Assembly: GCA_964035545.1 (NCBI GenBank)
Contig: OZ037771.1
Coordinates: 11,536,480-11,600,479, forward strand
Source: Bugula neritina
Taxonomy: Eukaryota > Animalia > Bryozoa
Reading direction: 5' to 3'
Length of the DNA: 64,000 nucleotides
Under the pieces are notes generated by a model, which had not been told where the DNA came from, did no database searches, and saw only the letters and a program-made list of their open reading frames with translations. Positions 38,132 through 52,100 of this stretch are shown piece by piece (position 1 is the stretch's first letter; each line of letters starts with the position of its first letter). The translations under genes were made by a program, and so were the position numbers.

Positions 38132-41100
38132 ATCTGTGGCAATACTGATACAGTAGCTGAATGTGTGCCCGCACCAGAACTTTCTTATTCGTTGAAGACA
38201 AGACTATCGGTAACCGAGTAGAACAGAATGGCCAACAGTTGAATTTCTAGTTTCTATTCCCTCAGGCTTGTTTATGTATCTTTAAATAAATATTTGATAC
38301 CAAATAATTACGATATATACTTATACGACTGTGAGGCATCTGCTAATGTAGTAAAATTTCTTCCAAAGTTGAGAAGATATTCTAGAAAAATCCAACAGCA
38401 TGTAATCCTATTCTTAGTCCTGAACACGCATTAGCCTTCAGCTGTGCACCAACAGTCTTCAAAAATGTTACTTGGCATGAAAGCTATCGAAAGCTGCACG
38501 GCTATGTCTTACGTTCCCACGTGACTATCGTAAATGACCAATCAAAAGCCAGACAATGGGAGACTAGTAATTTGTCAATCTTTACAAACAAGCTTTCAAT
38601 TGCAGTACAAATGATTGGTCCCCGGACACAAATAAAGGGGCAATTCTCACAACAATTATTCGCACCTCAAGTGCCATTGAATTATGCCACAAAACAGCGA
38701 CAAGAGATTGTTGATTGAAGTACGTAACGTGATTATAGAGGTGAATTACAGTCATATCAGCACAAATCTAAGCTAAATTATCTATTTCTCACCCTAATAG
38801 CCCTTCATTTTCCCAGTAAATTGAAAAATAGCTGACAAAATACTTACTATTCACATGTTTTCTCTTTCACATTATTATGGTGTGACAGTTTTGATACTAT
38901 AATTACTAAAATATGCCACAACTGAAGAGTATAAGCCATTTAGTTGAAATATAAACACGCCCCACATCATCTTGTGGGGTTACTCACATTTAGTATTCAT
39001 ACTAACCCTGCTCCCACGTTATTTATAAATATCTCTTTGTTTTATAAAACTAACTGGGGATTTTAAATTTATATTGTGAAGACATCCAGGGAGAATTTTA
39101 ATGATCTGCAATGGGAATTGCCAAAAATATTTAAACAAATATTAAAACAACTCTACACAGTGACAACAGTCATTAGAATAGAATTATTTTAATCCAATTG
39201 CTGTCAATATAATATATCTTTCAAAGTTGCAACTTGAAACGGTAATGAACAGCTTGAATGCCTTGTGAAATGCCAGATAATGTACAATAATCCTTTAATC
39301 ACATAACTCTAAAGCCAACATTTATGATACTTCAAAAGGCACTCCTTTCAGAAGGAATTAGTATTGTAAACATTCTAGTATTAAGTACATGTAAAGCAGC
39401 CTTACAAGTATGTAAAATCTGATACAAGTTGCTGCGGTAGCTTGGCCCCTGAATTTATTAGCTACTCTGTGCTCATCAACCAAGCAACTCATCAACGGAA
39501 TTTTAGAATAAAATGTGGGCTTCTTTACATTTGGTTTAATTCTTATAGATACAAGAAAGGCAACTCCTAGCAGGTTTTTGCTAAAATTAAGGCTACGATT
39601 ATATATAAAAGCTTCCTTTTACTTTTCAGTTCCGTCACAATGCAGTGTTTATAGCTATTTGCCCGGGCTATAAAATAGCAGCGTCCCCAGAAGAAAGTTT
39701 TTAAGGTGTGATCCAAATTTACACTGCACTAAAAATAAAAGAACTAGGCTATATAAAATTTTTCACGCTCAACATTTTGCACTAGCTCATATGATATTTA
39801 ACATTTCATGAACTAAATCCATATTTTGTAATTTAAGTATTTTACTGGTTGGAGTTATTTTTCTTTGAAATAGTTTTGACAAATTTTCTTACTGAACAGC
39901 CTCTACAGCTACAGGGTCTACATTCTATACAGTTGACAAGTTTCTATGTGCCGCAGTGTAGCAGTTTAAAATAAAACCATCCATGATTTTACATTTTTTG
40001 GCCACAGCGTTTAAAATTTCACCAACCTAAGGCCATAAAAATGCATTTAATTATATACACCATATTATTTACAAATAATTTTACTGCGTATATCACCGTT
40101 GACTATGTTATATTGAAAATATATAGTATATATCATATTGATTATATTGAATATTGTTTTGATAACCATTATAATATTTTAATATTGTGCAAGCCTAGTT
40201 TATTAGAGCAATGAAATAATATAATTTACGAAATGCATGAAAATAAGCAAATAGTTTGGAATAGCATGATGATCATATATAATGCATATAATCATATATA
40301 AAAAATACCCCACAAAAACTATGACAGATGTGATCATTGGAAACTCAAAGTTTTCATGAGAAAAGTGAAGTTATGTAGATAAGTAGATGATAGTTCCTCA
40401 GTTGATTGTTGTGTGTTAAAGACACCACTTTGAGGTTGCTATTGACCCAGCTATAAGTAGATCTTCATCTATATTTGTGGGTGCAACGCAGTGTACACAA
40501 GTATCCACTACAACAACTCAACACATGGCCTAAAACAGTGCAGCCTTTTGTTGCTAACAACAACACATTGTGTATAAAAAATCAACATGTGTTGAGAATT
40601 AAACTACGCAGGGTATCCAGTCAAGTTTGAACTGCTCTATTATATTAGTTATCTATAGTGTAAATCATTAATTGAAAACCAACATATGGATTTCCTCATA
40701 AGGTTGGTCTGAAATGCAAAAATTGCACTCTAACTAACTCTATTATCGTAATTAGTTTAGTTAATTGAAGGAAATATGTATTTCTGTTTATCATTAAACT
40801 TTGCTACCACTCACTATCATCTTAGATCTAAGTCCGGAAACACACTTTTTTCATATAACTTAAACCAATATTTATATTTCATTTTAAATTTTTCTAAGCA
40901 TAATTCAACAGCTACTGCATAACTTTTAAAATTATTTATTTATAGAACTATTATATCAAAGCCTAAAATGCGACATTTTAGTGGAATGCAAAAGCTCTAT
41001 TTTTAACAGTTTAATTCTTTTAGAAAAGGCACAACCACTTTGTACTAAAAGCTCTATTTTTAAATTCTAAAAGGAGTTAGTCCAAAGCTTTATATATTTA

Positions 41101-42739
41101 GGAAGTACTGAGTATTCTCTACAACATGGACACACTAATTAGATGCCAAACTGAATACTATACTTACAAAAGTTATATAGTATCATTATATTATATGGAA
41201 GTAATCGGTGGCAGTGGAATGTAATTGTATTTGAAGCAGCATTATGAGGTATATAATTTGAATTCAGTTATTTGTTCCCAACATGTTGTAGCAAAATTAC
41301 AACGTCATTAAATGTTTTCCTAAAAGTAACAAATGATAAACATATGTCTTCTAGCTGAAAAATGATGCCAATGAATAAGTGTTACCAGCCCTTGTTTATT
41401 TTCAGCATAAACAAATTATTACCAATCTATTCAGCTCCACATGTATATAATGACTAATGCAAGCACTACTGTAAGATGTATCACTGTCAACTACAGTTTG
41501 AAGGGGTTTCCATTTTATTGGAAATCATCTCCCTTCATAGTTTTCATAAATTTATTTACATGGCTAGTATAGAAGTAAAATTTGTCAACCAAAATATGTT
41601 CTAGTGTAAACCACTATACTATCTATATGCATGCAAACTGCCAGCATTTTTAATTAATACCCGAAGCAATCTAATTCAGAATTACAACTCAACAGATGTC
41701 CATGCAGACAAACATATAGGTTTACTAAGAAGTAAAACATTGTTCAGCAGCAGGGAAACTCAGCATATTATATGTATAGTCAGAAAATATCTAGAAGCAA
41801 TCAGAAGAAAAAACAGTTTTAGAAGAGTTGATGACAACTTGGTAGATTAAAAGCAAGTCAAATTCTACATGGTATCTAGGGTGGAAAGTCCTAATATGAA
41901 AATATACTAACTATATAGCCATGGTGCTACTTATTCTCAATTATAAAATAAACCTTTTAGACATCATTACAAGTAGCAGAAAAAAATCCATCAGTTTTTA
42001 AATTATTAACCACAAGCTAATTTTGAGTTCAACACGGCAGGTTTGGAAAAGATAACTTCAAATCAGCATAACAAATTCTATACTTGCATCACAAATGTTG
42101 ATTGTAGCACTTATAGGTAAAATAAAAAATTTCAACTGTTTTATAGTTAATGAAATGACAATGAAAATCAGTCACCTTTGCAGCAAGATTTAGCATCGGT
42201 TCTAAAGTTGTAGCTGAAATAATTTCTAAAAATAAGTTGTATTGATTCACTAATTAAGAGATCTATTATACAAATAAACAATGCAGCTCTCAGAAGTTAA
42301 TCTTGTTTCAGTAGCTGTGGATTTAAATAAATAAGGCAGCCATGCATGAACTGTCAAGTAATAAAATCAACTATAATATTTCATACAGCATATTGACGAT
42401 TGTCTATGAATGACATATTCCCTGCCCCAAGCATTAGTCACTGAAGGCATTAAGTCATTAGATTAATACATAGCTGCTTATCAGGTCTACCCAGCATGTG
42501 GCTGCCACAGATGCTGTCAAGTTATTTGCTGCTGCTGACAGTCCTATACCATAAAATCAGTTTAAATTAATATTTCTGCATGAGCAATATCTTTGAGAAG
42601 AGAAACTACCTACTGTACATTTCCCCAAAGGAAAGTTGCACACATATTGTGTAATTTTACAAAATGAAAATTATACCAGTATTTTATTATATGTAGGTAT
42701 TGTTGCAGTAGCTTTTTGGCAGCTTTCCAAAAACCATTG

Positions 42740-43267
42740 TGTAACGACAGTGTCACAAATTCTGAGTATACATATACCTATAGACTTACCGGGTTTTTCC
42801 TAATGATTATACACGAATGTTCATAACTATTCTAGATTGATCAAAGAGATGGGTCATTGTTCATTGTTATTTTCATTAGTCATGTTAACTACTGTCCAGC
42901 AATGTAAACAAGGTATTGCGCAATAATTGCGAAATAACCATGGAAATTCCAATGTTTTGTTTTGATTTTCTATAAATAGTATTGGTATGTGGGGAATGTT
43001 TTGTACTAGAATCTTCTATACTGGAATGCTTGAGAATGTTCTAGAGTGTTTTGTTTACTATAAATACTGAGGCAGTTGTGTTTACGAATCAGTTCCTTTT
43101 TATAAGTTCATTCTCGGAGTTCATTTTTATACATTCATCTGTGCATATCTTACTAGAGAAATAAAGTATACTTATATTCACAACTCTATTTACTCTCAAC
43201 TGGATTAGCAAGCTGTATGCTACTTGTCTATACACTTCTGACTACCAGACTTATCGAACTCGTCACA
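42740..43267 (+). mobile_element. Probable solo LTR, unrelated to the Gypsy LTR at 46849
   Basis: Ends TGTAACGA...TCGTCACA form an imperfect inverted repeat with TG..CA. Internal TATATAAATA (~43059) is followed by AATAAA (~43160). No clean TSD. Confidence 0.5.
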
Positions 43268-46200
43268 CTGCTACCAACAGTTTTGTGACAGACAGCTATT
43301 TGTGAAAGCTTTCACGATAGCTGTTTATTGACAGTTTTTGTTCCATGAGTCAGTGTAGCTCAGTTTTCCTCCTGCTAAAGATGCAGGCAATCTATACCTA
43401 ATTGTCAAAATAATTGTAAGTATCAAGTATTATATTATCTTTTGTTTTGACCTTCATTAACTAAATGTTTTGTCAGCTATGTAATTAATGTTAAGTTAAC
43501 AAGATGTTTTGTAATTTTTATGGTTATAGGTTACAGTACAAGTATGAGTACAAGTATGAGTATGAGTCTAAGTATGAATGAAGTCTAATACTTAGAAAAT
43601 ATACTGTTGGCAATAGACAAAAATAGAGTTGTGGCCTGCATCTGTGTCCTCCATCCATTCACCCTCCATTAAGTGAATCACAATACATAGGCATCCGTGC
43701 CAAACAGCAACAATTATCAGCTGATACAGTAACCACTATCAGCTGGCACAGGTATATAGGTAATTTGATACGTTTCAACATAGAATCTATTAATATAGAA
43801 TTTAAAGAATTAATGACTAGATCACACATTTGCGGTCAAAGAACCTTAAGCTAATTTATAGTGTACAACTCACTACAGTTAGGTATATAAGATTATAATA
43901 TTTTCCAAGATTCAAGGGTATTGTAGACCATAATTATAATCATAAATGGACCGTATATAAACAATTATATTCAATACAGATCAAGGCTTGATATTATAAT
44001 AATGTTAGAAATATATACAATTTCTATAATTTACATCATTATCAAAATCTCAAGAAAATGATATTATATACAGGGAGGTAATAGTCTCATGATAAATTTT
44101 TTATAATTATAAAGGGGTTAAAGAGAAAACAAATTATGTATGCATTGCAGTTGAGCTTATAACAGAATAAGAATGCTAAAAGTCAAAGCAATTATTTTAC
44201 ATTCATGCATAATAACTTCGTAATTACTATTATATAATATTAATAATATATCATAAGTTGCGGAGTTTAAAGTTCTTCTGTATATACTGTTTATATTAAG
44301 TTTAAAATATTGTTTATATATTATTGCATACTATAGCGAAGAGAAGGAAAGTAACTGCAAGTAAAATTCGAAGTCAAGTTATTTTAAATTATGTCATGTT
44401 TGAGAAAACAACTCCCATTACTTATTCAACAGCCATCTGCAAATGAGTCTTCAAGATTAAGTTAATAATTTCATTAACAAATAATGAGAGATTAGCATCA
44501 CCACTGTGACCATGTTCATGTTGACAGTTGAACTTGATAATCAAGATGATGATCATAATTATGATGGCATAGCGAGAATAAAAATACTAATAAACATGTT
44601 ATTGATGATTATCATGATGTGATTTTAATTATGTCTAGGCTATATTATAATCATAATGATGATTATCATCATGATAAAATTAAAGTGATTATGGCATATG
44701 ACATTTATGTAATGATTATGTATTGATATTAAAAATCCTTATGACAATCACAATCAAAATGTTGAGCTTCAATGATCAAAATGATTTAAATTAATACTTA
44801 ACATTATGATTATCATTACGATAATCATAATGAATATAATATGATAATTATTGAATTATTAAAAATAAAATATTAAATTCATTATCATAATCATACTGAT
44901 TATCATTATGATTTATGATTATGATACTGAATTTCAATTTAATATTTAATTTTATGATTCAATCTTCATACTGCAAATAAAAATATTAATCTAATGAATG
45001 AACAATATTTACCATATTATTCCTGGTTTAGTAGTAGAGAATCAGATAAATTTTAATTCAACTTGAAATTAAACAGTTGTTATTTTATAAATTTAGCTTG
45101 CCAAAAGCAAACTCCACGACTCAACATCAGCTGAAAGATATTTGGAACACTAAATACAATCAATCAATCAACAACAGCTACATCTTCATCTCTCTTGAAG
45201 TTATAGCCAATACTAATAGGTCTATTGGCTGCTTTTTAGTCTCGAGTATTGATAACAAATTACTTTATAAGTTGTTGTAGTGGTGGAAAAATTATTAAAA
45301 AATACAGGAAATAGTAATTTTTAATTTTCTTAAAAAACTAGAAGCAAAGAAATGTTTGTTTCAGGAAACTAGGTAAAAATTGCCAAAACAATTTGTTTAC
45401 AGCTTAACATTTTGCGGAGTTGTTTACACACCTATTGCGTGAACGCCCTTTCTGTTTTAAATTACACGAATTATGAAAATGGATTGTGGTACTGCTTTAA
45501 CAGATTTTGTTGACAATGTAATATTTATATTTTTGTTCATATTATATGAAACAATAAATAACTGCAAATACTGCTATGTTGTTTTAGTTCTAGATTGCTT
45601 TTACCTTTCTAGATTTTATGCGGTTGAGTCTTTTGTGCTGGTTTAGAAAACAATTATATTAACTTTTAAAGTTTAGAACAGCTGAGAGATAGGAAAATTA
45701 AAATTGTTGCTTTGTAAAAACTTATATTATTATTAATCAGAACTATTAGTTTTGAATTCCTGCATTATTTTATTTTACACTTTAGTTCTATCCTCTATAG
45801 CTTAGTTAGCAGGCAAAGAGTTATGTCAATTTAAGCATTAAGCCAGAACATCCAATAAATTTATTACAAAACAGATGCAATATAAATTTTAGTAGATCCA
45901 AGCCTTTTCCTAGCATATCTTGGAAGGATATCATGTGTTTAGCCAGAAGAGAAAACTTCAATAGGCTATAGCAAACTCCAATTAGAAGTACTATTTACAT
46001 ACATCCTGACCTGCAATTTATTACCTTTGTTTGCTCTTACTGTGTATTACATGGTAAAATAATTTCTATCACTGGGAAAATTTTAATTATTTGATTTTGC
46101 ATTAAAACTTTTTTTTCAATTTTTTACACGCTGTAAAAATATAATGTATCAAAATAACAAAAAAAGCCAACTGAAAACAAGATAAAGTATGAAAATATAA

Positions 46201-46848
46201 ATATAACATATTTGAATTTACATATCCTATTTAAAATCTGTGCTAAAAATATGATAAAAAAATATATTTGCAGTTTTCAGAAAGTCTACTAGACGATAAT
46301 TAGAATAAAAATTAGTAACAGTTGCTCACTTAATGGAATAATTATTTGAGATATAAAAGATAGGAAAATTGTACACTTGCGTTAACCAAAAAAGTGTTAA
46401 AAAAGTAATAGAGAATTACTTACTTTAAACTACAATTTGTTTTAAATTGATAAAAAATAAACTGAGGTGCTGATCTGAAACCGCAAAACTAATAAAGCAG
46501 TCCAACTAACGCTATATTACCTACAGTAGATATTTTCACAGCTCAGTAAAGAGTCAATCGGAATTTACAGTTATATTGGTCATGATGAGACTCTGTTCTC
46601 TTCGATTGGTTACTTGTCAGCAAATCAATTCAGCATGTAAATATAATAAGCTATTTATAAATCTAGTGTCTGACCATGTACCCTAACGACAGTATTGTAA
46701 CATAGGTCTGGTAGTCATGGAGCCTATTTTGTGACTTAAAGTTCAAAGTGCAAAAGTCAGCAGTAACTCAACTAGTATGGTACATGAGTCATTGTCATTA
46801 CAGAATATAACTTGAGTATTCAAGATGATACATAGACCTGAGTTATAT

Positions 46849-47153
46849 TGTTATGTTTTCCAGATTTAGGGTTGATGTGCTATCCAGAGAGTCTATTTAG
46901 TTACTATAGAACTGCACCAGGATAAGTCGAGTGAACGAGTATATTTTACACACAATTATACATCACAAAAACGATACATTATTTCCAAACAAGTTACACA
47001 TCTAATCTATTTCACACTCTAGCTTCGACTGAGTTAGCAGCGGGAAACTACAATTGCTGCTAACTATCAACTACGCTAATTGGTTATCCATTGTTCCGGG
47101 TCAATTGCGCGACCCTACATGTTGTGCTGCTGGTAGTTCCACGAACCACCACA
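46849..47153 (-). repeat. 3' LTR
   Basis: Direct repeat of 54051-54355, preceded on the minus strand by the purine-rich GGTGGGGGCGG (PPT, 47154-47164). Confidence 0.98.
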
Positions 47154-47439
47154 CCGCCCCCACCAGCAGAAAGCCATCTTTCTGATACATATAAAAAAAC
47201 ATTCAATAGTAATTGCATACATCAGTGGACAAAAATAATACATAATATACAGGAAGAGACATAATAATAGACAGAGTCATTATAACGATCCGTTGCATAC
47301 AAATGGCCAGCTGTAGATAGACGAGGAATACTAGCTAGCTGTGGTATTAGACAAGGAATAACCTGTCTAGCAGTTAAGCATTTGCACGATCTTGGTTCCT
47401 CACAAGATGTGAAGTTGCGGAGTATTCTGGGTAGCCTAA

Positions 47440-48517
47440 CTAGAGTCCTTGTTGGGCACGCCTGTGCTTGGCTTGGCATGTACGCAGTTTCCGTTTCATA
47501 CGGCATACGGATCCCTTTAGCTGGAAGAGTCCTGTTGTAGTGTTAAGTAGATCTGGTGCCAGCTGGGTGAACTCTTCTTGTAATCGTAGGAGGCGTTCTT
47601 CTACTGTAGCCAGGCGTACTGGGTCTGGGGACGGTGTCCGTCTGCGGCGCAAGGGTGGACTGGGGGACCTGGTTCGTCTCTTCGCCGGTGTGGGGGATAT
47701 CTCTCCTTCTTCTGGATATGTAATTTCTTCGGGGGTGTATGTAATTTGAGGACGGTCAGACACCAACGGGGATTGTTGGCGGGCGTTGTCTAACACACGT
47801 TGGAACCCCGAGGACAGAACGGCTAACAGCATGGCCTTCTTCACCAGAGGTCGTATAAGTGTGAGGAACTCCGGGTATAGCTTAGCGTCGACCACGTAGT
47901 TTTCTCCAGGGAAACAGCCCGCCGCTCGGTGTCTGGTGACGGGGTAGGGATACACATCATTGTACCCGCAGGGGCAGAATGTTAGTAGGAGATGAGCATT
48001 GACGTGTAGTTTAAGGGAGCGGTGAGAGGCGCAATCTTCACCACAGATCTGGCATCTCGTCCGTCCTCTGGACCCCCAGGCCGTTTCTATTTCTTCCTCT
48101 GTTTGTGGAGACACCCACCGCCAACGGCGGCGTAGTGGCTCAGGCCTGTCACCACTAGCATACTCCTCCGGATACGGAGCGGGAAGTGTTCTATCCCGTA
48201 CCCTGGTTGTAGCGGGTCGAGTGTAATCTGAAAAAGTTTCAACAGTGTTAATACAGTACACTGCTGTGTTGTCAGCTTGAACAGCTTGGCAACTCCTAAT
48301 TCAGTTACCTCGTAGAGATTAATGGTAGTGAATAGTCAGATAGAACACGTATTGCAATGAGATTATAAAAATCTCTAAGTCAAACTGAGTTCTTACTACG
48401 GTATTTCACTAACCTATCTCCAGCTCGATTGACTCAGTGAGTCAGAGCTGAGCGATGCAATCTAGTTTCGTATTAAGATATAGTTAACTCACCCCACGAT
48501 CTGTTGTCGTAAGACAT
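47440..48517 (-). CDS. Retrotransposon ORF3: spliced zinc-finger / Arg-Ser-Pro / coiled-coil protein (~270 aa)
   Basis: Main exon 48227-47440 follows the acceptor TTTTTCAG (phase 1). Upstream mini-exon 48517-48493 reads ATG TCT TAC GAC AAC AGA TCG TGG G|GTGAGT (phase 1). Motifs: CQICGEDCASHRSLKLHVNAH, CPCG...HRAAGC, KRRTRSPSPPLRRRRTPSP, heptad region LATVEERLLRLQEEFTQL. Confidence 0.75.
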
Positions 48518-48541
48518 ACTGAATGTGTGAAATGGTTTGAA

Positions 48542-49132
48542 CTACTGCTTAGAAACACGTCTACTCCTGACTGCATCAGCGTATGAAAAGATCGAGCAAC
48601 GTGGTTGGGGTGCGTGATTAAGACTTTGTGCACCCGGCGGATGAATTTTGTTTCTATTTCCGCCGATACAAAAGTTGATATTTCCGTGGTGTTGACAACT
48701 CCCACATTTGCTCGATTCTTTTCTCGTACGGTTTTCCCCTAGACTTTCATGTGTGCCGCTTTTCACGCAGTCACATACGAAGTCCTTCAAGTATGCGGGG
48801 GGTTGCCTCGTACGCTGTCCCCTTTCTAGGGAGGGTGACACGCTTGCCGGTTCGTTAGTAGGGGCCTCTAATGGCGTCTCTACTTCACCGTTAGCGGTCA
48901 CCTCTTCTTGTTCTCCGGATGGAGCCCCTCCCTCCGTGGGGGTTTGCACTTCCGGAACCGGCTCGGTTTCTGGAAGTGATGGAATTAGACTTGGCCGTGG
49001 CGGACACGCTTCTGTTGACAAAAGCTGCCGCTCCTCCCTCACCAAGTTTTCTTCCCGCGGTATGACCACTTCGTATTCAGGTCCATGCCGCCGTCGCCCG
49101 CGCGTTGTTGTTTGTCTCCTGGGCTCTAACAA
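48542..49132 (-). CDS. Frameshifted C-terminal tail of pol/integrase
   Basis: Contains RGQRTRQPPAYLKDFVC, a motif typical of Gypsy integrase tails. It joins pol if one base is removed from the 11-G run at 49134-49144. Confidence 0.7.
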   Translation of the reverse strand: MLEPRRQTTTRGRRRHGPEYEVVIPREENLVREERQLLSTEACPPRPSLIPSLPETEPVPEVQTPTEGGAPSGEQEEVTANGEVETPLEAPTNEPASVSPSLERGQRTRQPPAYLKDFVCDCVKSGTHESLGENRTRKESSKCGSCQHHGNINFCIGGNRNKIHPPGAQSLNHAPQPRCSIFSYADAVRSRRVSKQ

Positions 49133-52100
49133 CGGGGGGGGGGGCTTCTCCCACTCCGCCGGGGCTAGCCCAATACGGTTTCAAGCGAGACTCATTCTGG
49201 ATAGACACCTGTCCTGAGCGCTCAATCTTGTACGTATGATTGGGCATAGCCTCGACGACCACGTAGGGGCCTACGAACTTAGGCTTCAACTTATCAGCCT
49301 GTCCGCGGCGCCTACGGTAATTGACCATCCACACCTTATCTCCCCTTTGATAGAGAGGTGGTTCATCGGAATCTTCGTGCCGCACCTTCCACTGCTGTTG
49401 GCGCAGTATATCGTGTGCGGCCTTCATCCGTTCCACTAGTTCACTGGCATACTCGTGGACTGAGTTATCTTGCTCTGGAACGTGATAGGTGAGATGGTCA
49501 GGGACACGAGTCTCTCTCCCGAGCATCAAGAGGTTTGGGGTCTCACCAGTACTGGTGTGTGGGGTGCTACGGTATGCACGCATGACTTGCGGCAACACCG
49601 TATCCCATTCCTCTTGACCTCGTCCAAGGAGGAGACTCCGGAGTGCATCACCTAGCATCCGGTTGTTGCGCTCCACCACCCCGTTACCTTGAGGGTGGTA
49701 GGGGGTGGTCCTGCTCTGATTTACTCCCCAGAGGCGGCAAAGGTCGCTCATCAGTTGAGACTGGAATTGAGCGCCTTGATCAGAGTGTATCTGTTCGGGG
49801 AGCCCAAAATAACAGAATACATGTTGGTCTAGCGCCCTGGCCACGGTTGGGGCTGATGCATCTGGGATAGCCAGAGCATCCGCCCACCTAGTAAAGTGGT
49901 CGGTTAGTACTAGGATCCAATTATTGCCTCTGGGGGTCAGGGGCATAGGTCCGACCAGGTCTACAGCGACTACTTGCCAGGGCCTACCAGCGTATAGCCT
50001 CCGCCGTCCTGCTTCACCAGGGGGGCGGCTATGCTTACTGGCCTGGCAGATCTCACACTGTTTGACTCTGAGTCGGACATCACGCTCCATTTGTGGCCAA
50101 TACCACCGGAGTCGTAATTTGGATATCACTCGCTTGACCCCTGCGTGGGCCTGCTTGTGAGTATCCCAAATCAACTCACGGCGGATGGCTGTGGGGCAGA
50201 CTACCCTCTTCCTTTCCGGGTGTCTGCCGCTGGCAGCTAGAGAGATGGTTAGCAACCCATCCTGCCCGATCCGCAGCGAGTCCCAACGCTGACAGTGTAG
50301 CCGGAACTCGGCGCATCCCTGTCGTATGCGTTCCTCGCTGGGTCGTCGCCCTTCCCTTTTGGCCCGGTATATGTCTGCCACGACTCCAGGCAGCTCTTCT
50401 TGGAGCTTCTTCAGCTCTCGAACATTACCGGCCAGTACAGGGTTGGCGCGGAGGTTTTGTACATCCTCCGGGGACTCATCAACTCTTTGCCTGAGTTGAC
50501 CTTGATCCCAGTCAAACGGTGCTCCGTGATGAGCCAGCGTCTCCAACTCGCATCGCGGGGGACCTCCATCCCTCCTCTCGATGTTGAGACACTGTTTGCA
50601 ACCTCCGTCAGGTCGGCGACTCAACCCATCCGCATTGCTGTGTCTCTTGCCCGGTCGATGTTCGATCCGGTATGAGAATTCAGCTAGGATTTCGAGCCAC
50701 CGGGCGACCTGACTAGAGGGCTCTGCTCTCCTGCACAACCAGATCAGCGAGGCATGATCCGTACGCAGCCGGAACTTCCTGCCATATAGGTATGGTCTGA
50801 AGTGCTTCACTGACTTGATTACTGCCAGCAGCTCCTTGCGGGTAGTGCAGTAATTTCGTTCAGCGGGTGAGAGAGACTTGCTGTAGTAGGCTACTACTAC
50901 CTCTCGGCCTTCCTGCACTTGTGACAGCACAGCGCCAACATTTTGGTCACTGGCGTCCGTGTCCAGGATGTACTCCAGAGTGGGGTCTGGGTAGGCCAAG
51001 ATGGGCGCCGTTAGTAGGCAGCCCTTGAGGCGGTCGAACGCTTCTTGTTCGACTGGAGTCCACTGCCACGTCACCCCCTTTGCGGTGAGCCGGTTTAACG
51101 GCTGGGCTATGCCCGCAAAGTCTGGTATGTATTGCCTGTAATACCCTACCAGCCCCAAGAAAGCCCGGAGTCCGGTCAAGTCTTGGGGGGTGACCCAGTC
51201 TTCTACTGCCCGTACCTTTTCGGGATCCGTTGCCACGCCGTTTCGACCGACAACGTGCCCCAGATACTTGACCTCCGGCTGCAATAGAGCGCACTTGGAA
51301 GGTTTGAGCTTAAGACCGGCACCTCGGAGTCTCTCGAAAACCTCCTGCAGACGACTGACATGTGTCTCGAAGTCTGGAGAGATTACGATGACATCATCGA
51401 GGTAGACCAGCAGTGTCTTCCAATGGAGTCCGCTAAGGACTTGTTCCATCAGCCTCTGGAAGGTGGCTGGGGCGGAGGTTAACCCGAAGGGCAGCACCTT
51501 CCACTTCCACAAACCGTCCCGTGTGATAAACGCCGCTTTCTCTTGGGCGTCGGGACTCAGAGGAACCTGCCAATAGCCGCTTAGCAAGTCTAACGTACTG
51601 AAGTACTTGCTGCCGGCTAGGGCGTCCAATGACTCGTCAATACGAGGTAGAGGGTAGGCGTCCTGTATGGTTACGCTATTGAGTTTGCGATAGTCCACAC
51701 AGAACCGCCAACTGCCGTCTTTCTTCCGGACCAGTACGACTGGCGAGCTCCACGCACTATGGGCGGGCTCTATCAGTCCCCGGTCCAGAAGATCCCGTAC
51801 TTGTCGGCTAACCTCCTTCTCTTTCTCCGGCCCCAGCCTGCGTGTGGGCTGCCGGACAGGGACTGTCCCTGCAGTCAGCGGTATTTCGTGTCTGACAATT
51901 CCAGTCAGTCCCACGTCATGCTCTCCGCTGCTGAACACATCACCGTAGTCGCGTAGTAACTTAGCCATAGCTTGGCGTTCTCTGTTACTCGCGCAGCCGC
52001 CACTGGCTGTTTCGTATAATTCCCGGAGATGTGTTGGGACTGCCCCCCGTCCCTGAATAGGGCACTGGGGGGGTGCCTCCGTCGCATCACCCAGCGACGG

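Noticed and set aside
44540-44950. ATG/ATC-rich tract as coding sequence
   Set aside because: It has frequent stop codons and no ORF in the six-frame track; degenerate simple repeat.
47440-48261. ORF3 as an envelope gene
   Set aside because: It has no signal peptide, transmembrane segment or fusion-protein pattern; the zinc-finger and basic motifs point to a nuclear or RNA-binding role.
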